Both the position numbers and the translations under genes were made by a program. 64,000 bases of DNA from NCBI GenBank assembly GCA_038087875.1, contig CM075977.1, positions 37,820,001 to 37,884,000 of the forward strand. Reading direction: 5' to 3'. Below the pieces are notes generated by a model. The model had not been told where the DNA came from, searched no databases, and saw only the letters and a list, made by a program, of their open reading frames with translations. Of the stretch, positions 36,101 through 49,039 are shown piece after piece (positions within the stretch are counted from its first letter, which is position 1; each line of letters begins with the position of its first letter). This DNA comes from Malacoraja senta. Its lineage: Eukaryota.

Positions 36101-37828
36101 AATTTGACACCATTCAGATAATAATCTGCCTTTCTGTTTTTGCCACCAAGGTGGTTAACCTCACATTTATCCACATTAAACTGCATCTGCCATGCATCTG
36201 CCCACTCACCCAACCTGTCCAAGTCACCCTGCATCCTCATAGCATCTTCCTCACAGTTCATCCTGCCAGCCAGCTTTGTGTCATCTGCAAATTTGCTAAT
36301 GTTACTTTTAATTCCTTCATCTAAATCATTAATGTATATTGTAAATAGCTGCGGTCCCAGCACCGAGCCTTGCGGTACCCCACTATTCACTGCCTGCCAT
36401 TCTGAAAGGGACCTGTTAATCCCTACTCTTTGTTTCCTGTCTGCCAACCAATTTTCTATCCATGTCAGTACCCTACCCCCAATACCATGTGCTCTAATTT
36501 TGCCCACTAATCTCCTATGTGGGACCTTATCATATGCTTTCTGAAAGTCCAGGTATACTGCATCCACTGGCTCTCCTTTGTCCATTTTCCAAGTTACATA
36601 CTCAAAAAATTCCAGAAGATTAGTCAAGCATGATTTCCCCTTCGTAAATCCATGCTGACTCGTAAATCCATCCTGTTACTGCTATTCAAATGTGTCGCTA
36701 TTTCATCTTTTATAATTGACTCCAGCATCTTCCCCACCACCATCAGGCCCTGGGGATTTATCAGCCTTCAGTCCCATCAGTCTACCCAACACCATTTCCT
36801 GCCAAATGTGAATTTCCTTCAGTTCCTCCGTCACCTTAGATCCTCTGCCCACTAGTATATCAGGGAGATTGTTTGTGTCTTCCTTAGAGAAGACGATCCA
36901 AAGTACCTGTTCAACTCATCTGCCATTTCCTTGTTCCCCATAATAAATTCACCTGTTTCAGTCTTCAATAGTCCAACTTTGGTCTTAACTAATTTTTACT
37001 CTTCACATACCTAAAGAAGCTTTTACTATATTGTTGGCTACCTTATCTTCACACCTCATCTTTTCTCCCCATATTGCCTTTTTAGTTATCTTCTGTTGCT
37101 CTTTAAAAGATTCCCAATCCTATGGCTTCCCGCTCATGTGTGCTATGTTATACTTCTTCTCTTTTATTTTTATGCTGTCCCTGACTTCCCTTGTCAACCA
37201 CGGTCGCCCCTTACTCCCCTTGGAATCTTTCTTCCTCTTTGGAATGAACTGACCCTGCACCTTCTGAATTATTCCCAGAAATACCTGCTATTGTTGTTCC
37301 ACTGTCATCCCTGCTAGGGTATCTTTGCAGTCAACTTTGGCCAGTTCCTCCCTCATGGCTCCATAGTCCCCTTTGTTTAAGTGTAATAGTGACACTTCCG
37401 ATTTTCCCTTCTCCCTCTCAAATTATAGATTAAAACTTATCGTATTATGGTCACTATCTCCTAATGGCTCCTTTACCTCGAGTTCCCTTATCAAATCAGG
37501 TTCATTACACAACACTAAATCCAGAGTTGCCTTCTCCCTGATAGGCTCCAGTACAAGCTGCTCTAAGAATCCATCTTGGAGGCACTCCACAAACGCTCTT
37601 TCTTGGGGTCCAGTACCAACCTGATTTTCACAGTCTACCTTCATGTTGAAATCTCCCATAACAACCGTAGCATTACCTTTGCGACATGCCAATTTTAACT
37701 TGATTTAACTTGCACCCTATATCCAGGCTACTGTTTGGGGGCTTGTAGATAACTCCCATTAGGGTCTTTTTACCCATACAATTCCTCAGTTCTATCCATA
37801 CTGACTCTACATCTCCTGATTTTATGTC

Positions 37829-38340
37829 ACAATAGACAATAGACAATAGCTGCAGGAGTAGGCCATTCGGCCCTTCGAGCCAACACCGCCATTCAATGTG
37901 ATCATGGCTGATCCTTTCCAATCAGTACCCTGTTCCTGCCTTCTCCCCATATCCCCTGACTCCGCTATTTTTAAGAGCACTATCTAGCTCTCTTGAAAGC
38001 ATTCAGAGAACCTGCCTCCATCGCCCTCTGAGGCAGAGAATTCCACAGACTCGCCACTCAGTGAGAAAAAATGTTTCCTCGTCTCCGTTCTAAATGGCTT
38101 ACTCCTTATTCTTAAACTGTGGCTCCTGGTTCTGGCGTCCCCCAACATCGGGAACATGTTTCCTGCCTCTAGCATGTCCAAACCCTTAACAATCTTATAT
38201 GTTTCAATGAGATACCCTCTCATCCTTCTAAACTCCAGAGTGTACAAGCCCAGCTGTTCTATTCTCTCAGCATATGACAGTCCCGCCATCCCGGGAATTA
38301 ACCTTGTAAACCTACGCTGCACTCCCTCAATAGCAAGAAT
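37829..38340 (-). mobile_element. CR1 3' fragment nested in the APE region of the host CR1
   Basis: Second (CAATAGA)n tail and ORF2 C-terminus (EGVQRRFTRLIPGMAGLSYAER) interrupting the APE coding sequence. Confidence 0.9.
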
Positions 38341-38926
38341 CCCTCGCAAGGGCCTGAATTTCATTCCTCACCAACAGAGCTACCACACCCCCTCTGTCCA
38401 CCAGACTGTCTTTTCGATAGGACGTATACCCTTGAATATTCAGTTCCCAGCCCTGGTCCTCTTCCAGCCATGTCGCTGTAATTCCCACAACATCAAACTT
38501 GCCAATTTCTAACTGAGCCTCAAGCTCATCCACTTTATTTCTTATATCGCGCATTCATATACAACACTTTGACTTCGGTATTCACCTCCCCTCTCACCGG
38601 TCACTATTGGCCCTGACCTTGCTCTCTAATCCCTTCTCGAACTTTCCTTCTCATTAATTTGGGAGTCTTTTGTAATTGTTCCTGTACTCACTTCCCCTTT
38701 AACTCCTTTATACTCCCAATTTGTCAACCCCTCCCCCCCACTATTTAGTTTAAACCCACACATAGTCATAGATCTGTAAAGAATTTGTACTTTGGCTTCT
38801 CAGGCCATGCTGAAAAATTGATATGCACAGATATGTTGTAAGCTAGTGTGTGTGGAAGTGTATAAAAGCACAGACCTCGGACTCCAAAAGGGTTTCAATG
38901 TCCATGCAAGTTTAATTGATGTACAG

Positions 38927-39153
38927 GGAACTGCAGATGCTGGAATCTTAAGCAAAACACAAAGTGCTGGAGTAACTCAGCAGGATAGACTGTATCTGTG
39001 GAGGGAATGGATAGGCGACATTTCAAATAAGGACTCTTCGTCAGACTCTTTCTTCAGCAGTCTGAAGTAGAATCCCAACCTGAAATGTCACCTATCCATT
39101 CCCTCCACAGATGTTGCCTGATCCCCTGATTTACACCAGCACTTTGTGTTTTG
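38927..39153. repeat. Palindromic (inverted dimer) Penelope-type short repeat
   Basis: CACAAAGTGCTGG..TGGAGGGAATGGATAGG..CAGACT / AGTCTGAAG..CCTATCCATTCCCTCCA..CCAGCACTTTGTG. Confidence 0.75.
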
Positions 39154-40040
39154 TTGAGTTTAATTGAATATGGTTACCCCCCGCCTTATTTGTTCTAATA
39201 CTCTTTCTAAGACTTATATCCCGTGATAAGTATAAAGAATCCAACAACTTGTTAGTAATATTTATATTACTTATTGCTAATTACGTATACATGGTGTTGG
39301 TTGTGTGACTGTCTTATTAAGCATTAGAACACGATATATCTACTTATACCCATTAGGCATTGTTTACCCAAACACAGTAAACTGATTTGCCTAATAATCT
39401 TGCTGATGCTTTATATGTATTATTATTTCATCATCCAGTTCCTTAGTTTCAGTGCTGAATTAATATTGTTTAATGCTGTGGGAGTGAAATGCCAACATCT
39501 TTCCAAATGACTCATGATTCAAGAGGCTGTTTCCCAAATGATTTGCTTAGATTGTGTACAACTGAATCTAAATTGCCCTTACAATCGGGCTAAATTGCTT
39601 CTAATGACGAAGATCCCTTAAAGGTCAGGCTGCAGAAAAGTACTGGTTTGTCTGAGCAATGTATGTGGCAGATCAGCCCACTCTATGACCACGGATCTGT
39701 TTCACCTGAGTCACAGACTTGTGAAACTTCCCGATTGATTAGTCACTCCTGGACTTACAATTTGCTTTCCTATTTAAATTGCAAAAGAAAACAAAGCAGC
39801 ACAGTGGAATTGTTGATGTGCTTTAACAAACATTTGCTTGGAATATGGGACCTATCATACTTTATTCTCATTCACATATAATTGTCGGGCATGGATTGTT
39901 CCTACATAAGACCATAATAAATAGAAACACTCAACCAAAAGCGATATTTGTTATAAAAATCGAATATGAAATGCCATATGGATTGTTTGCTCAGATCTTG
40001 AAGGAAGAACATGACATGTGATGTTCTAAAATCCACTTCC

Positions 40041-40341
40041 GGGCGGCACAGTGGTGCAGCTGGTAGAGCTGCTGCTTTACAGTGCCGGACACTTGGGTTC
40101 GATCCTGACTTTGGGTACTTTTTGTGTGAATTTTGCATGTTGTCTCTGTAACCGTTTGGCTTTCTTTCGGGTTCTCCAATTTCCTTCCAAATCACAAAGA
40201 CATACGGGTTTGTAGATTAATTGGCCCTCTGTAAATTTCCCCTAGCGTGTATGGAGTGGATGCGAAAAGGGATAACAGAACTAATGTGAACGGGTGATTG
40301 ATAGTCAGCATGGACTCAGTGGGCCGAAGGGCCTTATTCCA
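40041..40341 (+). mobile_element. tRNA-derived SINE (HE1-like)
   Basis: GGGCGGCACAGTGGTGCAGC head, GGTTCGATCC, CTAAAC tail. Confidence 0.85.
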
Positions 40342-41244
40342 TGTTGTATCTCTGAACTAAACATCCCTATTCAATATGGTCACTGTTGCTCTGATTGTTG
40401 GCCTCAGTTTCACTTTCCTGTTTGTTTTCATTCCCTAATACTCCAAACATCTACCTTTGAACTCTGCCTCCACGGATCTTGGGATATGGAATTCCAAAGA
40501 GTCGCATTCTTCAATGGAAGAAATTCCTCCCCATCTCAGAATCAAAGTGGTTAATCCTTTATCCGAGACTATGCCTCCCCTTGACCTGGACTAAACACAC
40601 CATAGGACAATCTGCACAGCACTTACGCTATGAAGCCCATTCAGATTTTTCTACATGATTTCTTCATCATTCATCCAGAGACTGTCTGTAGCCTCAGTCA
40701 TATCATCAAGTCAAAGAGGCTACACAGTGTGCCTAACAGTTGGGTTTGAAGTTGAACATTAGCTTTTTTTCCTATCCTTCAGAACCTCAGGACTCCGACC
40801 AATTAAATATTTATTTAACTGTACGCATTGCTGCAATGCAAGAAACATGACAGACAATTTTCACAAAGAAAGTAAGCTCAAACAGCTCTGCAAAACATTC
40901 AGATTTTTCATTTTAATTCATTTTTATTCATGTCATGAAAATAAAATGAGGCCAAGATCTAATAACCATGAATTGTGGAGCAGGCTTGAGGAAGCTGTTT
41001 TTTTTAAATGTTTCTCTCAGTTAAAATATTCTGTTGCAGTATTGTGAAGAAGTGCAAGGAACATTTCCCCAACACATTGTCTAAATCAAGTTGCTGTTCA
41101 AAGGACCTAGCTATGCACAAATTGTCTGCATTACAATAATAAATCACATTCAAAACTAAAACTCTTTGGGCATGGAAGGGGATAACCTTGGCCATGTAAA
41201 GTACTCTGCAAATACATGTTTTATTTAACTATCTATTCCTTTTT

Positions 41245-41532
41245 TAGTTTAGTTTAGAGATACAGTGTGGAAACAGGCCCTTCGGCCCACCGCGTTCGCG
41301 CCGACCAGCGATCCTCGCATATTAATACTATCCAACACACACTACGGCCAATGTTTACATTTACCAAGCCAATTTATGTCTTTGGAGTGTGGGAGGAAAC
41401 CAAAGACCTCGGAGAAAACCCATGCGGTCATGGGGAGAATGTACAAACCGTACAGACAGCACCCGTTGGGATCGAACCCAGGTCTACGGCACGGCAAGCG
41501 CTGTAAAGCAGCAACTTACCGCTGCACCACTG
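41245..41532 (-). mobile_element. tRNA-derived SINE (HE1-like)
   Basis: (GTTTA)n tail, GGATCGAACCC, CCGCTGCACCACTG. Confidence 0.85.
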
Positions 41533-42069
41533 CATTTGTTTATTTACTATCCAAGTGAAAATCCCAAGCCTTCCATCCTTAAGAAAAGTAAGTGAAACTG
41601 TCATCCATCTTATTCCCAGCTCCATCTCATGACATGGTAACCCTGTGTCACCCGAGCAGTTCAGGGCCCTGTGATTTCTGATTGCTCCACTCTGTGCTTT
41701 ACAAACTCAATTACATTTCCATGTCATGTTGCACTTGCAATCGATCAATAATTTATTCCAATACTTAAACAGAATAGTTGCACCTAAGCACTGTAACATT
41801 AACAGTGTTAAATGTCAAATGAATAGATTGTCTCATCAGCAAATGTGACCTTCAAATAAAATTTAATGTGAAGAAATAACGAAACTAAACACACTTACTT
41901 GAGAACATACAGAAAGTCAATTCCTGCAGCCCGCTGACATTTATCTGTTTGGCACTTTAACTCCTACAATGTGTTGCCTGATTTGTATAACATGGGGCGG
42001 TTGTTGTATTGGTGATTTCATCTGTTATTAGTCTAAAGGCATCGTTAGGCAAAGGCTTGTAGATCTTTT

Positions 42070-42371
42070 TAGTTTTGGTTTTAGAATTAGGTTTTAGAAA
42101 CAGGCCATTCAGACCACTGAGTCCATACTGACCATTTATATTAGTTCTACGTTATCCCACTTTGTTAATTTTGTCAATTTTACAGAGGTCAATTAACGTA
42201 CAACCCACATGTCTTTGGATTGTGGGAGGAAATATGAGCATAAGAGAAAACCCACGCAGTCATGTGGACAACGTGCAAACTCCAAACAGACAGCACCCAT
42301 GGTCAGGATTGAACCCAGGTCTGTAGTGTTGTAAGTCAGCAGCTCTACCAGCTGTGCTACTCTGCTGCCCC
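42070..42371 (-). mobile_element. tRNA-derived SINE (HE1-like)
   Basis: GCAAACTCCA, GGATTGAACCC, CTGCCCC head. Confidence 0.8.
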
Positions 42372-42546
42372 TGTGATTCTTGCTTAGTCCCTGCAAAGAC
42401 AGTGTTGGCTATGGGAGAATGGTGGGATGGAGTCATTTTGTTTCTACAAGGGGTGCTTTGCCTAAATCATAAGAGGGCTCAGGGCTTCATTTGCATTTGC
42501 TGCCCATCCCTCACCATTTACTATCAGCTGTAGCATATTACAATGT

Positions 42547-42695
42547 AGCAGCACAGTGGCACCGTTAGTAGTAGAACCGCTACATCACAGCTCCGGTGGT
42601 CCAAGTTCAATCCTGACATCCAGTGCTGTCTGGGCAGAGTTTGCACATTCTCCCGTGACCATGTGAGTTTCTGTCAGATGCCCTGTTTTTCTCCA
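42547..42695 (+). mobile_element. tRNA-SINE 5' fragment
   Basis: GCAGCACAGTGGC, GTTCAATCCTGAC, GAGTTTGCAC. Confidence 0.7.
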
Positions 42696-42939
42696 TAAAA
42701 TGACTCCATGACTCTTTATTAGAACCTGCCCTGAGATCATGGCTGATCCTGTGCCTCAAATTCACTTTTGCATCTGACCCCCGTGTTCTTTGATTCCCTT
42801 ATAAATCAACAGTCTACTGAACCCAGCCTTGAATATACTCAACTGAGCATCTTCGGTGTAGATAAATACAAAGATTTATGACTGTCTGCGCAGAGACATT
42901 TCTACTCAACTCATCTCAGTCTAACTCTCTGACCAATAT

Positions 42940-43644
42940 AGGGCCTGTCCAACTAACGCGACTTTTCAGCGACTGTCTTCCACCTTCAAGCTCGAGGGCA
43001 CTCAACTGAAAAACCTCAAGCTGGATCGACCATCAGCGATGAAACCGCGAGCCGGATCGACCGTCTGCACACGCACACACACACACATCGCAAAGGCGGG
43101 GGCCAGGGAAAGCAGGAGAGCGCCGTCTGAAATTCACACCCGCGATGAACAGGAAGGTAAAAGATGGCTGGCACAGTAACGGTAAGTCCTTTAGAGAGCG
43201 CGGGGGGAGGGGGAGAGAGAGGGAGGAGAAGGGGGGGAGAAGGAGACACTTTTAAGAAGCCAGACAACTTTTAATAAAGTTTAGCAGGCATTTAACATTA
43301 CCGGTCGGTTTACTTACCTTTTTTTTCCTCAACGAGCTTTACCTTTGACTACCTTTGATTAGCTTTGATTGCCTTCGATTACCTACGATAGCATTACAAC
43401 CTACTATGACCTACCTCGACTTAACCTACGAGTAAAAAAATATCAATTTTTACGCGGGCATTTTTCAGCATGTTGAAAAAACACCGCAACCTAGCTGAGG
43501 CCTCGAGTACGCGGGGACTTCTCTCGAGCATGAAGGAGAGTTACAAAGACCTCCTAGGACCTTGTGTCGACCATGCTGCGAGTATGAGTCGAGGGTAAAC
43601 TCTTCTAAACTCGCTAATTATGTCGCCACAGTGGGACAGGCCCT
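42940..43644. mobile_element. Non-autonomous PIF/Harbinger-type DNA transposon (MITE)
   Basis: TIRs AGGGCCTGTCCAACT / AGTGGGACAGGCCCT; 3-bp flanking repeat TAT (42937-42939, 43645-43647); CpG-rich body; no transposase. Confidence 0.85.
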
Positions 43645-43670
43645 TATCTGAGACAATATCCCTTTAGCAA

Positions 43671-43885
43671 AGTCATAAGGTCATAAGGTCATAAGTGATA
43701 GGAGTAGAATTAGGCCATTCGGCACATCAGGTCTACTCCGTCATGGCTGATCTACCTCTCCCTCCTAACCCCATTCTCCTACCTTCTCTCCATAACCTCT
43801 GACACCTGTACTAATCAAAAATCTATTCACTGACTTGGCCTCCACAGGCTTCTGTGGCAAAGAATTCCACGATTCACAACCCTGC
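43671..43885 (-). mobile_element. CR1 3' fragment
   Basis: (GGTCATAA)n tail, GGCCATTCGG, AAAGAATTCCAC. Confidence 0.75.
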
Positions 43886-44451
43886 CTGACTCATTGTATC
43901 CTAGATATTCCCATCCAATGGTTGCATTCAATTATTTCCAAAATAACTCCCGATGGTTTTGATCTCACTATCTGGCTAAGGCCAATCTAAAGAACAGGAT
44001 GAGAAAATGGATCATATTTCACAGAGCAAAGTCATTCAACTACCCCATTATTTATTGTGCAGCAGGCAGCATTATTATGTTTCCAAAGTAATGGTTCATT
44101 TTTTTTTGAAGTTGATAGATAATAAAAATAAAACACAGAGCAATAGGGGTCTGATTTAGAAAATTAAATAAACTATAACAGCATAAAAGATAGTCCATCA
44201 TAAATGCTCCTAATAAACATGTAACATATCAGCCTTCAATCAGCCATACCAATACAGCATAAAATGAAATGGTTTAGATATGTTTTTCCTTGGCTAATGT
44301 ATGCAGCGAGTGTTTTGTTCCATATATAATGTCAATCAGATGTTAAAAAGGCTGAGGATTTTAGTAGTGCTTTGCTAATAGAGTATCGTGACTATTTTAC
44401 TATGTTAGCAGGAGGAGGCTTAGCTCTTTTGAGATGCTGAGGGACATGTTC

Positions 44452-44697
44452 ATACTTTCATAAGTTCATAAGTTGTAGGGGCAGAATTAGGCCATTTGGC
44501 CCATCAAGTAAATGTCACCATTCAATCATGGCTGATCTATTTCTCCCTTCTAACCGCATTTTCTTGACCTCTTCATAACCCCTGACATCCAGACTAATGA
44601 ATAACCTATCAATCTCGACCTCAAAAATATCCATTGAGTTGGTCTCCACACCCTTCTTTGGCAATAAATTCCACAGATTCACTACACTCTAGCTAAA
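44452..44697 (-). mobile_element. CR1 3' fragment
   Basis: TTCATAAG tail, CCATTCAATCATGGCTGATC, AATTCCACAGATTCAC. Confidence 0.75.
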
Positions 44698-45049
44698 CGT
44701 GTAACAGATATAACTCTCCAATTCTCATGTCTAGCCCTAAGTGATGTTTTTAGTATTTACACAGTGTCTGTAGCATGATAAGCTGCTTATAGGAGTGTTA
44801 TTAAACAAAATGATACACCAAGTCAACATAAGAGACTATTTAGTGGTATAATGTGGGGAGTTTCAGGGAGGGAGTTCCAGAGTTTAAGCTTCAGGTAATG
44901 GAAGTAAAGAAGCGGTAAAATATAGGAAATGGAAGAAGTCGTAACTGGAGAAGAGGAGGTTTTGGAGTGTCATAAAATAGAACAATTCACAGAGAGAATT
45001 AATGGGGTGAACACCGTATAGCAGTCAGAAAGGAGGAAATGGAATTTTG

Positions 45050-45560
45050 GTTTGGTTTGATTTATTATTATTGTCACCGAGATAGAGTGAAAAAAAATAG
45101 TTTTACATGCTGTCCAGGCAGATCATACCATGCATGAGCACAGCAGGTAGTGTAAAAAAAGAAAAGAAACTGAGAACGGAATATAATGTTACAGTCACAG
45201 GGAAAAAAGTGCAAAATCCACAATGCGGTAGATTGGGGGAATTGCGACTACACCCATAGCTTGTGAGAGGTCCGTTCAATAGTCTGATAACAATAAAGAA
45301 GAGGCTATTCTTAAATCTACTTTTACATCTTTTCAAGTCTAGTATCTATTGCCCGACAGGAATGGGGAGAAAAGGAAATGAACAGGGTGTGAGTTGTCTT
45401 TGATTATGTTGGCTGATTTCCCATGGCAATGTGAAATATAGATTGAATCAATGAGGGTGAGGCTAGTCTGCATGATGTACTGGACTGTGTCACAATTCCC
45501 TGCAATTTCTTGCAATCTAGCGCAAAGCAGTTGTCAAATCACATTGTAATGCTTCATTTG
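45050..45560 (-). mobile_element. Rex1/Babar-type LINE 3' fragment
   Basis: Similar to reverse complement of 6400-6800. Confidence 0.7.
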
Positions 45561-46409
45561 TAGAAAAAGAAACAGGAGATGCTGGTTTTGTGTCTACCGA
45601 AGATAAATACAAAATGCTGGAGTTTCCCAGCAGGTCAGGCCACATCTCTGGAGAAAAAGAATAGGTGATGTTTTGGGTCAGAACCCATCTTCAGACATGA
45701 TAGGATGATTTCTACAGAATTTATGGGATGGACATTGTGTCAGTTGGCTCTTTAGTTTTGCTACTTATGGTAGAGGTAGAGCTAACATTCAACTGTTAGG
45801 GTTTCTGTTCATTTGAGTAGGGCAGGTTCAAACATAGTGATCTCTGGAAACAAGTCTGGACTCCTTACATAGACTGAATTCAGAGAGACATAGGCATCCA
45901 ACATGATTAGATCTTAGGATCTGCCAAAAGGGTCTAAGGAAATCATGTGAGGGGAATGCAAGGTGTTGTCCACTTTGAGCACAACCTGGTCCAAGGAGAT
46001 GCATGTTTTGAATGATAAAGCAGGAGCAACTGAAAATTACAGATGGGACACCCTTTCAGTCAAATGGCTTGTTTCTCCCAGAGGAGAGGCAAATGGTCTT
46101 CAGTTAACAGGTGGGCAATTCAGGGGCCCTCTTTGAGTCTGCTCCAGAAACTGGACCGAGACAAATAGGCTGCATGGTGATTTGTTAGGGAGTCAGACAT
46201 GGTGGGATCGGGAGATGTTGCCCTGTCTGTTACTTCACTTCTGTGCCTGGAAAAGTCTGGGGGAATCACACATGGAAGCCATCACTAAATCTTCGTGAGG
46301 CGATTGAAACTGTGGTCGACTCCAGGTGTAAGATTGGACATTAGTTTCCATTCTTGTTTTTTTTTCAAATTATTAAGGAATGAAAGATCTCTTCAATTTT
46401 TGTCTGTAC

Positions 46410-46542
46410 NNNNNNNNNNNNNNNNNNNNNNNNNNNNNNNNNNNNNNNNNNNNNNNNNNNNNNNNNNNNNNNNNNNNNNNNNNNNNNNNNNNNNNNNNNN
46501 NNNNNNNNNNNNNNNNNNNNNNNNNNNNNNNNNNNNNNNNNN
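46410..46542. other. Assembly gap
   Basis: N run. Confidence 1.
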
Positions 46543-47049
46543 GACCGAAGTCTGGACGAAATTGCAGCAGTCATACATATAATACAATAAAAACAACAAT
46601 AAACACATATTAACATCCACCACAGTGAGTCCACCCAGCATCTCCTCACTGTGATGGAGGCAAAAGTCTTAGGTCTGCAGTCTCTTCCCTCCTCTTCTCC
46701 CTCTGCACTGAGGCGAAGAGGGAGAAGATGGGACACCCTTTGGGGTGTCCCATCTTCTTCGCTCTCACTTCTTCGCCTTTATTCTACAGGATAAAGGCGG
46801 AGAAGTGAGAGTTCACACCTTGGTTGGTCATCCATTGGATTAATGTTTTAGCATTCTTCTTTCTGATTTCAGTCTGGTATTTTGTATTGAGTAATCACAT
46901 TTGTAGTTGCTCCAAGAGATTTGTGACCAAAGGTGTGCAGATTGGAAAGCTTTGCATATTAGATTACATAAATATCATTGAAAAGCCCAGATGGTTATCA
47001 GTCTTCAGCAATAATAGAACCAGTGCAGTATATCCTGTTGCCTTATGAT

Positions 47050-47400
47050 TTCAAGGAGCACTGGTAAAGGCTAGGCTCCATGTCAAGTTTTGCCATTCAT
47101 TCATGCTTTTGTTCAGCATTACTTTGATTTGGAGATCCTCTTCCTTGTTTCCTTGTCCTCTTCCTTGTCCCTGTTTTCAAATCCCTCCGAAGTCTCAAAC
47201 TCTATCCCAGTAACCTCCCCCAGCCCCACGGTTTCCTCTTCCAATTCTGGCCTCTCAATCAATTCCATTTTTAATTGTTCCATCGCTAGAGTCCTCAGCT
47301 CAGAGAGTCTCTCACTAAACCATTCCTCCTCTTTACCTCTCACTATGTATTAAAGGCGCTCGCTAAAACTTGCCTTCTTTGAGCGAGCTTTCACTAATTG
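47050..47400 (+). mobile_element. Old L2-like 3' fragment
   Basis: CTTCCAATTCTGGCCTC..TTTAATTGTTCCATC..CTAAAAC..CTTTGAGCGAGCTTT resembles L2 ORF2 C-terminus/UTR. Confidence 0.5.
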
Positions 47401-47414
47401 TTTTATCGGGCCTG

Positions 47415-47980
47415 TTTTCCTCAGAACAGAGAAGAACGCTTGGCGACCTGACTGAAAGACACAAAATTATGAAAGGCAGAGATAGGGTAGATACTGAGAA
47501 ATTATTTCCCTTATCAGAAGTGTTGATAAACAGAGGGCATAAGTTTAAGGTAAGGTATAAGAGATTCAGAGGGTATTTGAAGAACATTTCAGAAACATAA
47601 TGGTGTTTGAGGCTTTTAGATAGGCACATGGAGGTACAGGGAATAGAGGGATATAGATCACATACAGACATTTGAGATCAACTTGGCATCATGTTCGGCA
47701 CAAACACTGTGGGCCAAGGGGCCCATTTCTGTGCTGTACTGTTCTATGTTCTATGTTGTGACTTTTTAGAGCTAGAGGGTGGTTGAAATCTGGAACCCAC
47801 AGCCTGAGAATATGGTGGAAGCAGAGGCCTGGCAACATTTAAGAATGTGTTTAAAACATCAAGGCATAGAAGTTGCAGGCACAAGAGCTAGAAAGTGGGA
47901 CTGGTATAGATAGGTACTTAATGGGCAGCATGTACATGGTAGGCCCAAGGACCTGTTTACATGCCTTATGACTCTACGAC
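47415..47980 (+). mobile_element. Two old CR1 3' fragments
   Basis: KIMKGRDRVDTEKLFP..RGHKFKV; (TTCTATG)n tail at ~47742-47756. Confidence 0.75.
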
Positions 47981-48429
47981 ATTAACTATAGTGGAATGGA
48001 TCTTATTAGAAGAATGGCTCATCTCCCACCCTTCTAAACAAAAGCTTTCAATTGGTGTGTACGTTTTTATAACATTGTGGAAAGGATGTATGGTCAAAAG
48101 ATCTCTGTAAAGGAAACAAATTTTTATCAGGTTGGAACGCAGTGATCAGGGAACACGTTCAACCCTCTGGTATACTTCTTGTTCAATAATTGTTACAATT
48201 AATAAAGGCACAGTGTAAAATAATCCTGTTCCTCCTCCTGTTAAAATAAAATAAAACTTGTCTAAGTAAAAAAAACCTTGAAACTATTTTCCTTTTGAGC
48301 TGATGAATCCACCAGGAAAAATGTTAAATCCATGCTTGTCTATTTGTGTGAAGTGAACCTTTATAATCTCATAAATTCCTTAATTTAAAATTTCTCTATT
48401 AGCATCATGACACATCAAAACTGACCATT

Positions 48430-49036
48430 AATGAATATTGAACAGTACTCTATGGGAACAGGCTCTTCAGCCCACCATATCTGTGCCAACCATGTCAAAT
48501 TAAACTGACCCCATCTGCTGGCACAGGCTCTACGTCCCTCCTTCCACTGCCTGTTCATGTTGCTGGATAAATGCCTCTTAAATATTGCTATTGTATTTGC
48601 TGCTACCACCTCCGCTGATAGTGTGTTCCAGGCACGTACCAGTCTTTGTGTAAAATAAAACTTGCCTTGAAAATCTAATTTAAAATTTCCCCCTCTCACT
48701 TTGCCCTCTTGTATTTGACATTTTTACCCTGGGAAAAAGACGCTGACTATTTACACTATCCATGCTGTTGTGATTTTATTTGCTTCTGTTAGGTTTGCCT
48801 CAGCCAACAATGCACCAGAGAAAACAATTCAAATTTGCCTAACCTCTCCTTACAGCTTCTATCCTATGTTCCTGGTGAACTTTCTCTGCACCCTCTCCAA
48901 AGCCACCACAGCTTTCCTACAATGCAGTAACCAAAACTGGACAAAATACTCCAAATGTAGCGTCGCCAATGTTTTAAAAGCTGCAAAGTGACTTTCCAAT
49001 TTTTATTCTCAATGCCCAGACTGATGAAGGCAAGCA
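48430..49036 (-). mobile_element. CR1 3' fragment, old
   Basis: FTQRLVRAWNTL; CCAAAACTGGACAAAATACTCCA. Confidence 0.75.
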
Positions 49037-49039
49037 TTG

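Larger units (their letters stand above)
35249..38760 (-). mobile_element. CR1 LINE ORF2 region with internal deletions and two nested insertions
   Basis: APE IRNKVDEL, VMGDFN, GDSDHN; RT YLDFQKAYDKV, GVPQGSVLGP, KFADDTKL; (CTATTGT)n tail. Confidence 0.92.

Noticed and set aside
40041-40115. tRNA gene (also other SINE heads)
   Set aside because: A/B-box heads continue into SINE body and tail; no complete cloverleaf
47119-47343. Glu-rich 74-aa ORF
   Set aside because: Antisense reading of a pyrimidine-rich L2-like remnant
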